Notes: generated by a model from the sequence alone, not told the origin. DNA of 55,809 nt, filler included, from Sphacelaria rigidula (GCA_964200075.2; 5 parts of 5 records of this genome joined end to end with filler, not necessarily neighbours in it); one strand, 5' to 3'; positions 37,635 to 50,578 are shown, counted from the whole stretch's first letter. Numbers and translations: made by a program.

Positions 37635-38016
37635 CTGCTTTGAGGAAGAGAAGACGAACCAGTGCGTGAGTTTTCTTGATCAGATCCGCGGTCGAAAGAT
37701 ACAACATTACCGTACCCTACAGGTTTTGTCGGCTTATTTTTTTAATATATTCATGATTTTTTCCATTCCTATTTTCCTTGGGCACGTGTATCTTGTATCA
37801 ATCGAACATATCTAATGACCGTGGCTACGGCTTAATTCCTCGAGGATCATGAGTTGATGTCAGTTAATGTACGGGAACCAATCCATCAATTCATCAACGC
37901 CAAGTGCAGAGCGGTGCAGAACAGGGAATTGCGGCAACGCAAGATGCAGCATATAGCATATCTTCATCTAACCAACTTTCTTCGCCATATTTCTTCATTT
38001 TCAAGCCAGCTCACAT

Positions 38017-38426
38017 CACCGGATTTTACAAATTGGGGATGAGAACCCTGAGAATTAAAATCTTCGTATCCACACCGAATCTTGAAAACATGGCTCCATT
38101 TCTTCACTTGCTGGTAGCTGTTGACAACTACTACACCACATACGAATTTGGATTTCGATAACCGAACTGTTGGGGCCCCAGGTAAAAAAAACATTTTTGA
38201 CGTCCGATCGAATCACCTAAATCCTCTAAAATTGGTTCTTCACCTGGGCCCCCGACATTTCGATTATCGGAATCTAAATCTGTATGGCGTGTGGTAGTTG
38301 TCAACAACCACCGGCAAGTAAAGAAATAGAACCATGTTTCCAAGATTTGGTGTGGATACTAAGATTTTAGTTTTACGGCTCCTCATCCCCAATAAATAGC
38401 CTATCCTCAATTTGTAACATCTCGTG
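38017..38426. mobile_element. Foldback MITE (family C) inside the WKF gene intron
   Basis: Homologous to 32555-32994, with ends caccggattttacaaattgggg and caatttgtaacatctcgtg. Confidence 0.85.
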
Positions 38427-38569
38427 TTTCACCATGTATGGCAATCGACCTTATCCTCCAAGCTAGTGTACCACCTTTCCTCTTCAGGCCATTGCTGCAC
38501 TACAGTAGTGGAGGCCGAACGGGGAAGGGGCATACTGAAACCGCGTACTCTGCGGACTGGGGCACTTGC

Positions 38570-38634
38570 CTGGAGGTAAGAAGTGGCCTCGGCGCGATCC
38601 CTCTCGCTTCGGGCAGGATCTGGTGCCACGTTGC
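38570..38634 (-). CDS. Upstream exon of the WKF-domain gene (GC donor)
   Basis: ttttgcag|..NVAPDPARSERDRAEATSYLQ|gcaagt. It joins in frame to give ATSYLQ-AWISAK, matching the A..YL..W motif that precedes WKF. Confidence 0.7.
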
Positions 38635-41127
38635 CTGCAAAACCGGGGCAGTACCGCCAGTGACAACAGAAAACGAGAGGTGCTTGTAAGGCACAAGTCA
38701 AACAAGGTGCGCATGTTGACGTGCGGCCTTCTCGTGAGATAACTGCTTCACGGGCGGGTGCGCAGTAATGCCCATCATGAGGTGCACTTCCTGCGTGCCC
38801 AGGTTCACATTGCCTTGTGCTGCAACGTGGTCCTATCGGGCCCACGAGCGACATTTAAATGGCGGAGAAACCTACTCGTGGCGTCCACACATCTTCTTGT
38901 GATCAGAGGGTTCTATCCTAATCCTTGTCATGATATCCCGGGTGATCACCATTGAAATGGTTCGTGATAAGCATGGCTGAACAAGGGTGACATCCGCGCC
39001 GACAATTACAGCGCAAGAACACCTCAGGCTACAGCTTTACGGGTATACGGAACGAGAGACAAAACAGAATAGAATGACATAACGTGACCGTCACCCTCCA
39101 AGAAACGACAACCCTCTGACTGTGATAAATTTGGGGGAAACCATCGACAGGTTTGAAGTTCAGTCACATTAAGGGTGACAACTTGTTCGTTGCGAAGTAT
39201 CTCGCCACATACAACGTGCTGGAGAGTGTGAAAGTACAAGTTTCGTCCTCCCCACCATACTCGAATGAAAAAGAGTAGATCGCAGGAAAGTAGTCTGCAG
39301 TGCCAAGGGAACAATGAACCCACCACTCCCCTGATGCTTATGTCACACATGCTTGTCATTCCAGAATCGCGGATTGGATGAGCATACAGTGGGGGTCACG
39401 GTTCAAGAGTGGTATCAAAAGCTTGGCACACCACTCTTTGAAACCGAACCCTGGTTTCTCTTAAACTGAACTGTCTTTTCTAAGCGGATCCCCCCCCCCC
39501 CCCCCCTCCTCTGCTCTTTAACTGTACAGTACTGCAGCCCGAAAAACAACATCTCAGTACGTCCAGCCTTTGTAACACACAAAAAGCTTACAGCTGCACT
39601 GGCTGCGGGCACGATGCTTCGCGCGGCGGGTATTAGAGTGTTTGTACAGCAGTATTACGGCAGAGAGGTTTAACATAGAGAAGGTGTCGCACCATCTTCG
39701 TAAGGCCAAGCTGACCTGTATGAACGAGATTGGGTCAAGGAGAACAAAACAGACTTGCATGTCAGACTTCATGGAGGGCTGCGGAAGCTGCCGATGAGCG
39801 CATGTCATATGTCTATTGCTGGGTAGGACAAGTGTAGGTACTTGAGTTACACTAGTGGTAAGAGAATCACTTGCACAACAGGACAGAGTATGTGTGGATT
39901 TCTGTCTCTTCGCCTTCTTCTGTTTTTCGCTTCCGAAATGTGACGTTGTGACGTGTGTGTGACGCGCATGTGTTGGGTTGGCCGCTCTGTTCAGATCACG
40001 TGGGGATAACTTTGATACCGCGGAATATATCGATTTCTTCACAACAAGGGGGGATCGTGCTGGATGTGATTCCCATAGCGCACAAAAATATTGTGTAAAC
40101 GATATAAAATGCTCTTTCAAAACTTTGATTCAGCACCACGTGACAAGCGGCCCTTCAATGACCGACAATAACCCATATTTTCGGTCTAAGAGAAGTTTTC
40201 TTGATTTGCCACACCCCTCTTTTGAACCGTGACCCCCACTGTGTCCTGATCGGGCGAGGGAATCATCCTTGGAAGGAAGACATGTGATTATACCAGCAAG
40301 CAGAGCTGGCGCTAGTAGGCAGCGAACCACAATTGGACAATCCGCAAGGTGATGATGCGTCACTACACGGGGTGAGGGATATGCGTCACATGATGATAAT
40401 ATGCCACAATGTGTAGGCTCAAAGGCTAGGGTGCCTGTCTGTAGTCAGTGGTGAACTTTTTACGGCAACTGATCTTCGTTTCTTCTTGTGCCGTAAATAA
40501 TGGTCGGAAGACAATGTACAAGAAAAACTCGGGGTGCCACGGTGAGTACCACCGTGTTCAACCCACTCGGCCCCTTGAACGCCTCCGCCGCCGAATCTGT
40601 GGCTTCAGAATCCACCGGCCGCAACAGTAGTAGTGGCCACCACACACCACAGCAGCGGGAGGAAACACTTCTGTGGCATACTGCTAGTACCGCCGAGATG
40701 CTGGTTTTGCTGTTTTGGGGTCTGCCGTGGCCATCTGAACAATCTCGATTTTTCATCTGCTAGTTTTTGCGTGGTCATGTGGGGGGCTAAAGAATGCCAC
40801 AGGCCGACTTGGGTCCAGTGTCGAGAAAAACGTCATGATAGTACTGCACTGTAGTATACTACAACCAAGTCAAGTAGGGACGAAGAGTGTGAAATAGCTG
40901 ATGACGTGTTCATTATCCCTCCGCATTTTTTGAAGAAAAAAAATCATGCGGTTTTTTTTTTTCTTTTTTTCATGGTTTTCGTTCACCTCCACAAATCTTC
41001 ATAATACATTGGAAACGCGCGTTGCCTCACAGAAACCAAGCTAATTCAATTCGCGATGTAAACCGATGGGCGGAAAGTTGGAGAGACGTTTGCTGTGACT
41101 ATTGCTGCGCTGCTTGCCTTTGTTCAA

Positions 41128-41236
41128 CCCCTTTAGCGCTGGAGGTATCCATTTGAGGAATCGGCATCGCTTTCAGCCCATTTTCAAGTAAAAATGACGC
41201 CGATTCGGCAAATGGACTCCTAGGGTGCTAACGAGG
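41128..41236. mobile_element. Small degenerate inverted-repeat element, possibly a piggyBac-like MITE
   Basis: ccctttagcgc..tccatttg.ggaatcggcatc pairs with gacgccgattcgg.caaatgga..gtgctaacgagg. The flanks tcaa and atag only resemble TTAA. Confidence 0.4.
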
Positions 41237-41689
41237 ATAGCACAAAAAAAATCGCACCCGCCGCGGTAGCGCCCGAAATCCTGAGCAGACGTTGGAAATG
41301 CATGAACTTTGGCGGAGGCTCCTTGTCGAAACATTCCATCAATTTTTCAGAGTCAGCAGTTCAGTCTTTTTTCAAACCCCCGCCACGGGCATAGGTGCCA
41401 CCGTCCGTACCCGGCATTCAGACGTGAGGTGGACATCACTACAATTGGTATAAACATAGCCGGTGAGTGCACACTTCTCATCACCAACGCTGCACTTTCA
41501 GTTAAATCTCAGTTCCATTTTAATCGCAGACAATGATCCAGTTCACAGCCCTAATTCGACGGCTCCGACTTGTAAAAACATTTTTTCGCGCGCTTTCCCA
41601 GTCCACCCGAACAGTGGGGGTCCCCGGTTGCCTGTGCGGAGGCCACCTGCGGAACTGGTCTTAGAGGAGGGGTACTGACAGTGTTCTCG

Positions 41690-41768
41690 AAGGTAACCTC
41701 GACCTCGAAGCCTGCCCGCTGGGTTAATGCGAGACCCAGCGATCAGGCTTCGAGGTCGAGGTTACCTT
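41690..41768. repeat. 79-bp near-perfect hairpin within a wider imperfect inverted repeat (about 41611-41820)
   Basis: 25-bp perfect stem aaggtaacctcgacctcgaagcctg/caggcttcgaggtcgaggttacctt, a 2-nt mismatch, an 8-bp stem cgctgggt/acccagcg and a 9-nt loop. Confidence 0.9.
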
Positions 41769-42879
41769 GGGGCCGGCGCTGCAGGGGGCTTCCGCACCGG
41801 TAAAGTGTGACTCCCACCGTTGACGTCGACTTCAAGACTTCGTGAAGACTTGTTTCGACGTTAAAATCTTCATGTAGACACTATCTTACGAACAAGAGGT
41901 GGGTTACAACAAGTGTGCATCCAGAACCAATCACCTCTCCCCACCTTTCACGATCAGGAGACCTTCAAGCTCATGGATCACATACTGGTGAATGATTTTT
42001 CTCTCAACCATATCACTTGTACTGCTGCACTTCTACACGATTGACCGCTGGTACATTTCATCCACATCCTAGGACATCCCTAATACATGGTACGTTACGG
42101 ATGAGTTCAAAGACGTGTGTACAGAATAGATCGGATCGCGATCGCACGCGCTATTGGGTCGTGTAACCATTGTAAACCTGCCGATATCTCGGGATATATG
42201 TGTTACAATCCACTTCACGCTGTACGCACGCTCCAAAATGTGGATAACTCGAACCAGCGGTAACACACTACGGCGGTCGAGTACGTCACACATCTTGTTC
42301 GGTGCTGCATGCTGAGGTGCCGGGAAGAAGTTGTGCATCCAGGGGGTCGCAAATATGGATGCACCCGGCAACACATATCTTCCTTCCCCTGTGCTGCCCC
42401 CGACCACGGCCTGACTTGGGATGCTTGTGTCGGGGCAAGCAAACCCTGACCACACCACAACTAATGGTGAGAAGAGAGACTAAACCCAGAGACTAGCTGT
42501 GCTTCGTGTTGGTGGCGATGCAATGTACGATCCATGGTAGTCAGCGTCAGAAGTGTGCAGAATTCGTATTTCCTCAGGTTCCTCGAAGATTTTTCAAATT
42601 TGTTTTGCTCGCCACCGCTCGTCACAAGAACTGTTGGTTGCCAAAAATGGTTATCAGGACATATTCTATGAGAGAGAAAATATCTGCGATTAATATTGAG
42701 TGAGTTACGGGCTTGACCGATCTTCGGGGGTCCTGCGAAATTGCAACAGCTTTTTGGTATTTTCGGTGGACTGACTCGACACTAACCATATAAGTGAAGA
42801 CTCAAGCAGGATTATGTTTGTGAAATTTCACCTTTTCACTGCGCTCAAGCCGGAAAACTATGTTTGTTGGACTATTTAC

Positions 42880-44629
42880 GGTCAATAACACCCTCCTGAT
42901 AAACGGGGCCAAAGGTCGAACACCGCTGGCGCCTGGACTACATCCTTGTACGTCAGCAAGACCGCAGACTCGTCCGAAATATCACGATGCACCCCGAGAT
43001 GAAATCGTACCATCGTCTGGTCTCTGCAGCCATCCGTCTCCTTGGACGGAACGCCCCCAACCGCCAACCGCGACCGAGAGGCGGGGTTAGGGGAGTGCGT
43101 TTCGACCGCCAAGCCCTCGCATCCGACCGAAGCTGGAGAGCCACTGTTGCACAGACCATTGTCGTTAAGCTCCTGAATGCCACTGATTCCCCCGCAGTGA
43201 TAGACGTCAACCACATGGCATCTACCTTCGCCAACGCCCCGCGACAGACGGCCGCGGATACACTCAGTCGATGCCCCAAGAAAACCCCATCTAGAGGTTT
43301 CAGTGAGTAATGTCAAGCTCAGGGCCGCCTCCAAAAGGCATGGAATCTCCAGGAAAGTGTATGGAAAAAACAACGAGCAAACCCCAAAAACACTGTCCTG
43401 AAGAAGGCGCTGAAGGTGACGGACAAGGCGTTGAAGCCGGTGAAGAATGCTGAGCTACAGAATTTCGTCCACGAGTTCACAGTCCGGACCGCGGACTTTG
43501 TTCGCAAGAAGGATCAAGCAGGACTATACCAGCATAGTAAGTCCTTGGAACTGGAAGGGAAGAAGCAGAGCGACTCAACCAACGTCCGGAGCGCGACTGG
43601 CGAGCTGTTGCGTGACAAGCAAGCTATCCTGCAACGATGGAAGGAATGGTTTGACACACTGCTGAACGCAATCTCACTTACAATCGATCACTCTGTCATC
43701 GATCTCATCGAACAGCTGCCAGAGCACACACCGCTCGCGGCGGAGCCCTCGACGGTGGATGTGAAGCAAGCGGTGGGCAAACTGACGAACGGTAAGGCCG
43801 TTGGGATCGACGGCATCTGTGGCGAACTCTCAAAGCTCAGTCGCACCACCGAAGACTCTGCCATCCCGAAGTACCTCCACAACATCGTGCTCACCGTGTG
43901 GCGTCAAGAAGTTGTACCGCAGGAGTGGAGAGACAGCATCATCAAGGTGCTCTTCAAGAAACAGGACCCGTACGAATGCGGCAACTACCGCGGTATTTCT
44001 CTCGGGTCCCACGCGGGCAAGCTGTTACTCAAGGTAGATGCGACTCGCCTCAGTGCCTATTGCGATTGGAGGGGGATCCTCCCAGAAGCGCAATGCGGTT
44101 TCCGACCTGGCCGTTCCACAGTCGACATGATCGTTGTACGCAGACTCCAAGAACTGGCTCGGGAGAAGAATCTTCCTCTGTATATGTGCTTCATCGACCT
44201 CCAAAAACCGTACGACTCAGTGTACTTTTCCCTTCTCTGGAAAGTTCTAGCACGCTACGGTATACGCACCAAGGGAATTTTCATCATCCGCCAATTCCAT
44301 GACGGCATGCGGGCATGCGTACGCCTGAACAGCGGCGAGACATCTGAGTGGTTTAACGTAAAACAGGGCCTCCGCCAAGGTTGTGAACTATCCCCCGATC
44401 TGTTCAACATCTTCGCGGCGGTGATGACGGCATCGTTCGACTGCTTCTCGATCAATAAAACGGTGGTGCAGATTTCATCCGAATCGCTCAAAGGGGCAAG
44501 AAAACCAAGGCCAAACTCTGCAAAGTGCTCTGGACCATGCTCTACGCCGACGACGTTAGCGTGGGCTCGCGGTCACGAGAAAGCCTGTCAAAGATGATGG
44601 CGGTCATTGTCGAGGTCTGTGCGGCATTC
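42880..44629 (+). mobile_element. RTE-like LINE, 5'-truncated and cut by the scaffold end
   Basis: End of an APE endonuclease (LDYILVR..KSYHRLV), RT motifs KAVGIDG, CGNYRGISL, EAQCGFRPGRSTVDMI, FIDLQKPYD and GLRQGCELSP, and a frameshifted MLYADD at about 44537. Confidence 0.93.
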
Positions 44630-44729
44630 NNNNNNNNNNNNNNNNNNNNNNNNNNNNNNNNNNNNNNNNNNNNTTAATTAATTAANNNNNNNNNNNNNNN
44701 NNNNNNNNNNNNNNNNNNNNNNNNNNNNN
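44630..44729. other. Artificial scaffold linker
   Basis: N44-TTAATTAATTAA-N44. Confidence 0.97.
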
Positions 44730-44745
44730 ATGAAGATTTTCTTTC

Positions 44746-44998
44746 GACACTTTCTACGATAGCCCCCTCCCCTCAAAAGTGCATGTTTTTGGGGGGCAAA
44801 ATCTCCACGTAAATCGAAATGGGAAAAACCGAGCACAACGAGCAGCTGGGGATTCCCACGCTTGGGTTCTCGCTCTAGCCAATGTCGCCAATATGAAGCG
44901 CTTTATGCAGCCTGAACACAAACATCAGGCGCTGTATGACTATCTTTTTAGTGACACTTTTGGGCTGGATTTGGGGGGGGGCTATCGTAGAAAGTGTC
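44746..44998. mobile_element. MITE family D (253 bp)
   Basis: Perfect TIR gacactttctacgatagccccc / gggggctatcgtagaaagtgtc, with flanks tttc and cttc. Confidence 0.85.
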
Positions 44999-46367
44999 CT
45001 TCGCTCTACGAAATGACCACCTGTCCGACGATCATCGTCGACCCTGTCATGGATTAGTTCCTGCTGTAGAGATAGCACAAGCGTAGTGGCTCAAGTCTCC
45101 TCCAAGCAACAATTTAAAAGGCTGAAAACGAGCAAACAGCCTTGAAGAATTTGGGCAGCCGGAGAGGACCCCCTCTTGAGTTTACAGGCTGCACGGTGAC
45201 ACTTGTTCGTACTCATATGCCGTTGAATGTAGAAGGGGTGTGTTTGTGCGGGCGTGTGTGCATCTACTGTCGCACCAACATATATTGCCTGAAATGGTTC
45301 TGCAACTTGATGTCAATAAACAAAGCGTTAACGTCGGCGTTGCCTTGGGGTTGCGTCTGTTGACCTTGTTGGGGAGGGTATCGAACTAGAGGTCGACGTG
45401 TGAGAAAGAATGATAGGCATACGGGGTGCATTCCTGGAACATCTGATGCTTACTATGACAAACCCGACGCTGCTGACTACTCGTTCCAAGCGATGGATCT
45501 CAAGTCTGAAGGAAGGAGTTGAAACAGGCCGTGTGTGACACGGTACACGTGTATATTAGCAGCCGCGGAACAAAGGCCGTACCTGTCAGAGGCATCACGC
45601 ACGATTTGAGACGCAAATGGGCTAACAAGTGCACTCCATTTCTGTTCTCACGGGGTTGGACCTGCAACAGTGTGCTCAGTGACGAAACGACGTCACTGCC
45701 CGTTTTGAGCCCTACAGTCAATAAGTACTGCGGGCCTTTTGTTGCAGAACAGCCGGCTAGACAGTGCTAGAAGCTTAGCGCGCAGTCCTCATTTACTGCG
45801 TAAGCTACGCTCACTGAATACAGCTCATCCTGACCTTCAAGCTAGTGTGGCTGATGGCGTATGAGGGGTTGGCGTTTTCATGACGGTGACAGAACCGAAT
45901 TTCCACCGTATGATACCTTACCCTGCACCTTTCGCCTGGCTATACTTTGATCAGTGTACCTTCCGATCCATTTTCATGTACTATATTGGGTTCATGTCGG
46001 TCCATTTGGAGTCGCTTCAAGCCATTCGTGAGTTATGCGACGTTGGAGACGTCACGCTGCTCGGAAGGTCCCCTCCTCTGTTGCCAGATTTCACGTTGCC
46101 CGGGGATTGAAAATGCAGTTGTTGATCCCTCAGACTGTCGAAATCCGTGCGTACAAGGTGTTCGAGATCCCACGTTCGGACCACTTCTGTCCGTACTGCT
46201 GTCCGACACGTATCCTATCAAGGATACGAAAATGTTCTCACTACGTGAGTTATACCCGCCTCTCCCCCCCATTGGGCTGACCACAACGCCGGCTCGGTAC
46301 CCGTCCCTACTGTCCCAATCTACCGTTGCCGGCGTCGCAATTGTACTCTCTAACCTGTCAGTTTCAG

Positions 46368-46544
46368 ACAACGGCGGGGGGTGCCATGCTGGACGTTGTC
46401 ATCAGCAGAGTAACCTGCGGGGACGAGTTTTCCGTGGCTACGTGCGAGTCCGGAAGGGTGTTCGGGTGCGGTCGCGGGGCGGAGGGGCAGCTGGGAAACC
46501 CGACCCTCTACAACCGAAGGGCAGCAAACATTGTCTTCCATCAG
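46368..46544 (+). CDS. RCC1-repeat protein, exon
   Basis: gtttcag|TTAGGAMLDVVISRVTCGDEFSVATCESGRVFGCGRGAEGQLGNPTLYNRRAANIVFHQ|gtgggg, 177 bp, matching the RCC1 consensus. Confidence 0.88.
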
Positions 46545-46604
46545 GTGGGGCCGGCTATGGGTTTCCGTGCTGTGGATCGTGTGATTCTTGTTCCTCAAAG
46601 ACGG

Positions 46605-46860
46605 CGAGACAGACAGAGATAGAGAGACAGAGACAGACGGACACACAGACACACAGACACACAGACACACGCACAGACAGACACACAGACACACAGACAG
46701 ACACACAGACACACAGACACACAGACACACAGACGGACACACAGACAGACAGACACACAGACACACAGGTACACAGATAGACAATACAGAGGCATAAAGA
46801 CAGGTAGACAGACAGACAGACAGAGGCAGACATAGAAAGAGACAGACATAGAAAGAGAGC
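46605..46860. repeat. Compound (GACA)/(CACAGACA) microsatellite
   Basis: Read directly from the sequence. Confidence 0.95.
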
Positions 46861-47399
46861 CACAGTGAGATTTCATTGATCGATTCGTTGTCCCACACTA
46901 AGTTATCCCCCAGTGATCCAGCCGCGGTCACACGATAGACGTACCGGCGGTAAACAAAACGGAAATAGAGCCCTGAAAACATTCGAGAAGTCAAGGTAGG
47001 TAAAACAGACAGAGTAATCCAGAAAACAAAAAACGAGGAATGATTGGCCTCTGAAACGAGGCTTGAGGTGAAACAGGTCTTGTGCAAAAGCACATGCACT
47101 TGTACCCAATCGAAAACCGAAAAGCCGTGGGAACATGCTGAGGCTCAGCTATGAAGACGGGATTTTACAAACTGAGGATGGAGCTTTGTTCGAAGATGGA
47201 CCTTGGAACGTCCACAAGCATCGAAAAATGCACAAACCACAGTTGCAGATGCACTCTTCGGCCGTGATGTACGGTCTCAGTCATCCTCAAAAGCACCCAT
47301 TCCCAGTTTGAAAAACCCCGTCTCTATACCGAACAATTTCGATATTTTATTTATTCCGATACAAGACAGCTGTTCTTTTTTGTCAGAAGCACCTGTTGA

Positions 47400-47565
47400 C
47401 ACGGGATTTTACAAATTTCGGATGGGATCTTTTTCAGCATGAGCGCGGCCCCACATCACGGCCAGATAGAGCGTTTTCATTGTGTTTTTGAGAGTATCTT
47501 GATGCTCTTGGGTTCCGGAGGTTCATCATCGAGAATCCTCCGTCCTGAAATCGTCAAATTCCGTA
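47400..47565. mobile_element. MITE family C, short form
   Basis: cacgggattttacaaattt...cacatcacggcc...aaatcgtcaaattccgta, homologous to 8660-8828. Another left end lies at about 47157. Confidence 0.6.
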
Positions 47566-47644
47566 ATCATCTCAGCCACGTTATTTCTGGTGTGAGCTCT
47601 CACCCATGAAACCTACGGCAGCGGGGCACCAAACCGCGACTTGT

Positions 47645-49432
47645 ATACACCGGTGGGGGAGGGGGAGGGCGCCCTTATTTGTTGCTTGCCTTAGTCGTTC
47701 GACCATTGACCACGCATCCCTTTTGAGACGGAGCACCGTTCCTACTCCTGATTGAGGCACCTCCAACATCTCGGTGCTCATGACACTTTTCCCCATACGT
47801 CACACGAAAATCGTTTACCATAGATCACCTTATCCCTGTCCTGTTTCGCCATCTGTGGCCGCCATTTATTTCCTAGTGAAGTCATTGTTTTTTTCCGTAC
47901 TGTCGAATGCATCAAACGATTTCATCCCACCTTCGTTCACGACACTTTTTACGATAGCCCCTCCTAAAAATGTGGCTAGGTCGGGGAGGCGAAACCTCAA
48001 CGTAAATCGGGATGAAAAACGCCGAGCACAACGAGCAGCTGGGAACTCCCACGCTTGGGTTCGCTTTCGCCAATGTCGCCCATATGAGGCGCTTCATGCG
48101 GCCTGAAATCAAATATCATGCACTGTATGACCATTTTCTTCATGACAGGTTTGGGCTGGTTTGGGCGGGGGGAAAGACTCTCACGTCCCGCATTTCCACT
48201 TCTAGCGCGTCCCGTTCCTCCTTGTACAGTTCACTTTTTGTCATCGTATGAGTTCTTCTCTCGATTGCTGTGCAACAGAGGCAATTCTGTGCATCTACTC
48301 CCTCCTCCTCTCGACTACTGGTACATCTCTTTCTTCTTCATGGCAGGTCCAGATCCCCCACCTGAAATCGCAGTTTCAAACGTTTCGCCGCGTCCCTTGG
48401 GCCATGCAGATAGGTTTTCATCCCTATCCCCTCTCTCAACCCCCCGTATATCTTCAGGTGTTGGTGTTCTTCCTCATCTACTTTGCGTTCGAGCATTTCT
48501 TTTGCCCTTTTTTCTATAATGTCTCTTGCTGTTGTCTTGTACCCCGCACCTTCACCTGTGGACAATATTTCTTCTTCGTTTCCTCCTATCTCCTTCCATA
48601 CCTTCTCGACTTCTCTATCCCATCTTACTCCAGCCCGCCCTTTCGTTACTTTGTTCCATACAGCTCTATCAACTATAGCTGGCGATCTCCTTCTCTGCAC
48701 GTTCTTTACGGTGTGTTATCATCTCAACTTCCTTATGCCTCTGTTTGTTTTCAGTGAGTGCATCCCCAATTTTGATCTCAAAACTGTATTACTGGTCGTT
48801 GTCGAGCATCCAAGTATAATCTTAGCTGCTGCCATCTGTACATTTTCCAACTTCTTCGTCAACTTCACGTTCCCCTCCCATACTTCTCCGGTATATTCCA
48901 GCTTTGGTACAGTCACGTTCATCGGGATACATCTCTTAATCCTAGTGTCTGAGGATCACGTCCATCCTGCCTATCTGTGCCTTACCCTTTTCTATTCTTT
49001 TCTCTATGTGCGCATCCCAAGGACAGTTTCTCGAGATCTGTACGCCAAGGTATGAACACTGGTCTACGATCGGCAGTTCCCCCTCTCCCCACTTCCATTC
49101 GAACTCTGCCATGTTTTTCGTATCTTCGCTACATACAGGTACCGCGCAATTATTAGCGTTCGCTGTCACTTTCCATTCCCCGGTGTATTCTAGCGCGTTC
49201 TCTGTTTGCCTCTGTCACCCTTGTGGTGTTTCTGATACCCTCACGAAGTCATCCGCGAACATCAATCCTGATACCATATCTCCCCCGACCTTGACTCCTT
49301 GTTTTGCTGCCTTTACTGCTCTTATCAGGTCATCAATGAATACTTCAAATATAGTGGGCGATAACGTACATTCTTGTGCATCTCCTCGCACAATATCAAA
49401 ACAATATTTTGATATTTCCCTGTCTAGCACGT
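47645..49432 (-). mobile_element. LINE family B, 5'-truncated copy with the RT C-terminal half, inside the RCC1 gene intron
   Basis: AQECTLSPTIF, GLMFADDFV, YLGV, VPKLEY..EVW and KLRFQVGDLDLP. The 3' end matches 4550-5400. Confidence 0.92.
47941..48180. mobile_element. MITE family D inserted into LINE B, 4-bp TSD TCAC
   Basis: Homologous to 44746-44998. tcac lies at 47937-47940 and 48181-48184, and the LINE is colinear across the insertion. Confidence 0.85.
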
Positions 49433-49639
49433 GTATACACCGTGGGGAAAGAAATACAAAGGGGGACAAAGAGAGGTGAAGAGAGAGAGAGAGAAATGGG
49501 GAGATAAGGAGAGACATGTGTTCTCGCGTCCACAAAATGAGTGCACGTGGTATTCACGCAGTTGTTATACCCCTAACAATGAACGCTCTACTTTTGACGC
49601 ACCTTCTGTACGCACTTGCACGTGCTGCTGAACGTCCAG

Positions 49640-49720
49640 CTTCCGTGGACACCGGGACACACGTACGCTGGAGGGCGCCACCTGCTCATCGCCCGCAGCA
49701 ATACGTCCCTAGAAAGGCGA
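49640..49720 (+). CDS. Possible RCC1-gene exon (3' boundary uncertain)
   Basis: aacgtccag|LPWTPGHTYAGGRHLLIARS in phase 0. AGGRH resembles the RCC1 AGxxH motif. Confidence 0.3.
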
Positions 49721-50276
49721 GGTTTTGGAGTGCGCACCCTGCAGTGCGCCACCGCCAAACCTTCGTCGTACCGTACTTTGTCCTCCATTTTTGCGTCGTC
49801 CTCGGACTTAAGAGCGTGGAGTTTGAAACGTTCTCGAAACAGATGTGTTCACCCTTCACTACAGCAGGTATCTCAGAATATGATGAATTGCATCATTTCA
49901 CCATCTGAGCTAAATAAACAGACTTGTTTGAATGGTAGCCTTCAGGTGTGTTCTCTCCGACTTTACGGTGTGCTTTGGAACACGACCCATCGATTTTCGT
50001 AACGGCCTCAACTGCACCCGACGTCACGTATCATCAGCGGTGAGTGTGCGTGTTGGAATGCGTAAAAAACATACCATATGATCCCTGATGGAAATATGAA
50101 GTGCTAGACAACCCTTCGCCTACGACTTGTCCCGTGTTTGCGCCCGGCTGTAACAAGTGTGAAGTTGGGCTGGTATGTCAAGTTGCAGGTGCTGATTACC
50201 TGTTGAGCTGTCCTCTATTGCTGTAAGGTCACCGCCTGTAGGAAAAACGCGTACGATTTTTGTGTATATACACGCC

Positions 50277-50578
50277 ACCGCACCCCATGGTCTAATGGTC
50301 CGACTGTCACCATTAGGGTGGAGGGAACGAGGGTTTGATTACTGCCAGATTCGCTGGATTTTTCTTCGAAGTACAGGTATCTGATTTCCACCGTCCGAGG
50401 CGGGTGTACATCAGGAGATAAAACATAGTTGGCTGAGTTTGTTTGATTGGAGTTGACGCCGTGCGGAAGTGCGGACCTAATGCGAGAGACCAAATTGCAA
50501 GGCCTTTACCGGGGAGAGATGCGCTGATCCCTTGAGATCACGGACTTGTCCCGACGAAGGGGAGGGGTTCAAAGTGTT
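50277..50578 (+). mobile_element. tRNA-derived SINE-like repeat (family A)
   Basis: accgcaccccaTGGTCTAATGG...GGTTTGATTAC, with tail cccttgagatcacggacttgtccc. A CA-rich run follows. Confidence 0.65.

Noticed and set aside
39870..40780. 5' exons of the WKF gene (KKAKRQKST segment; ATG near 40778)
   Set aside because: Splice donors are weak and there is no homology support, so I could not build a consistent model.
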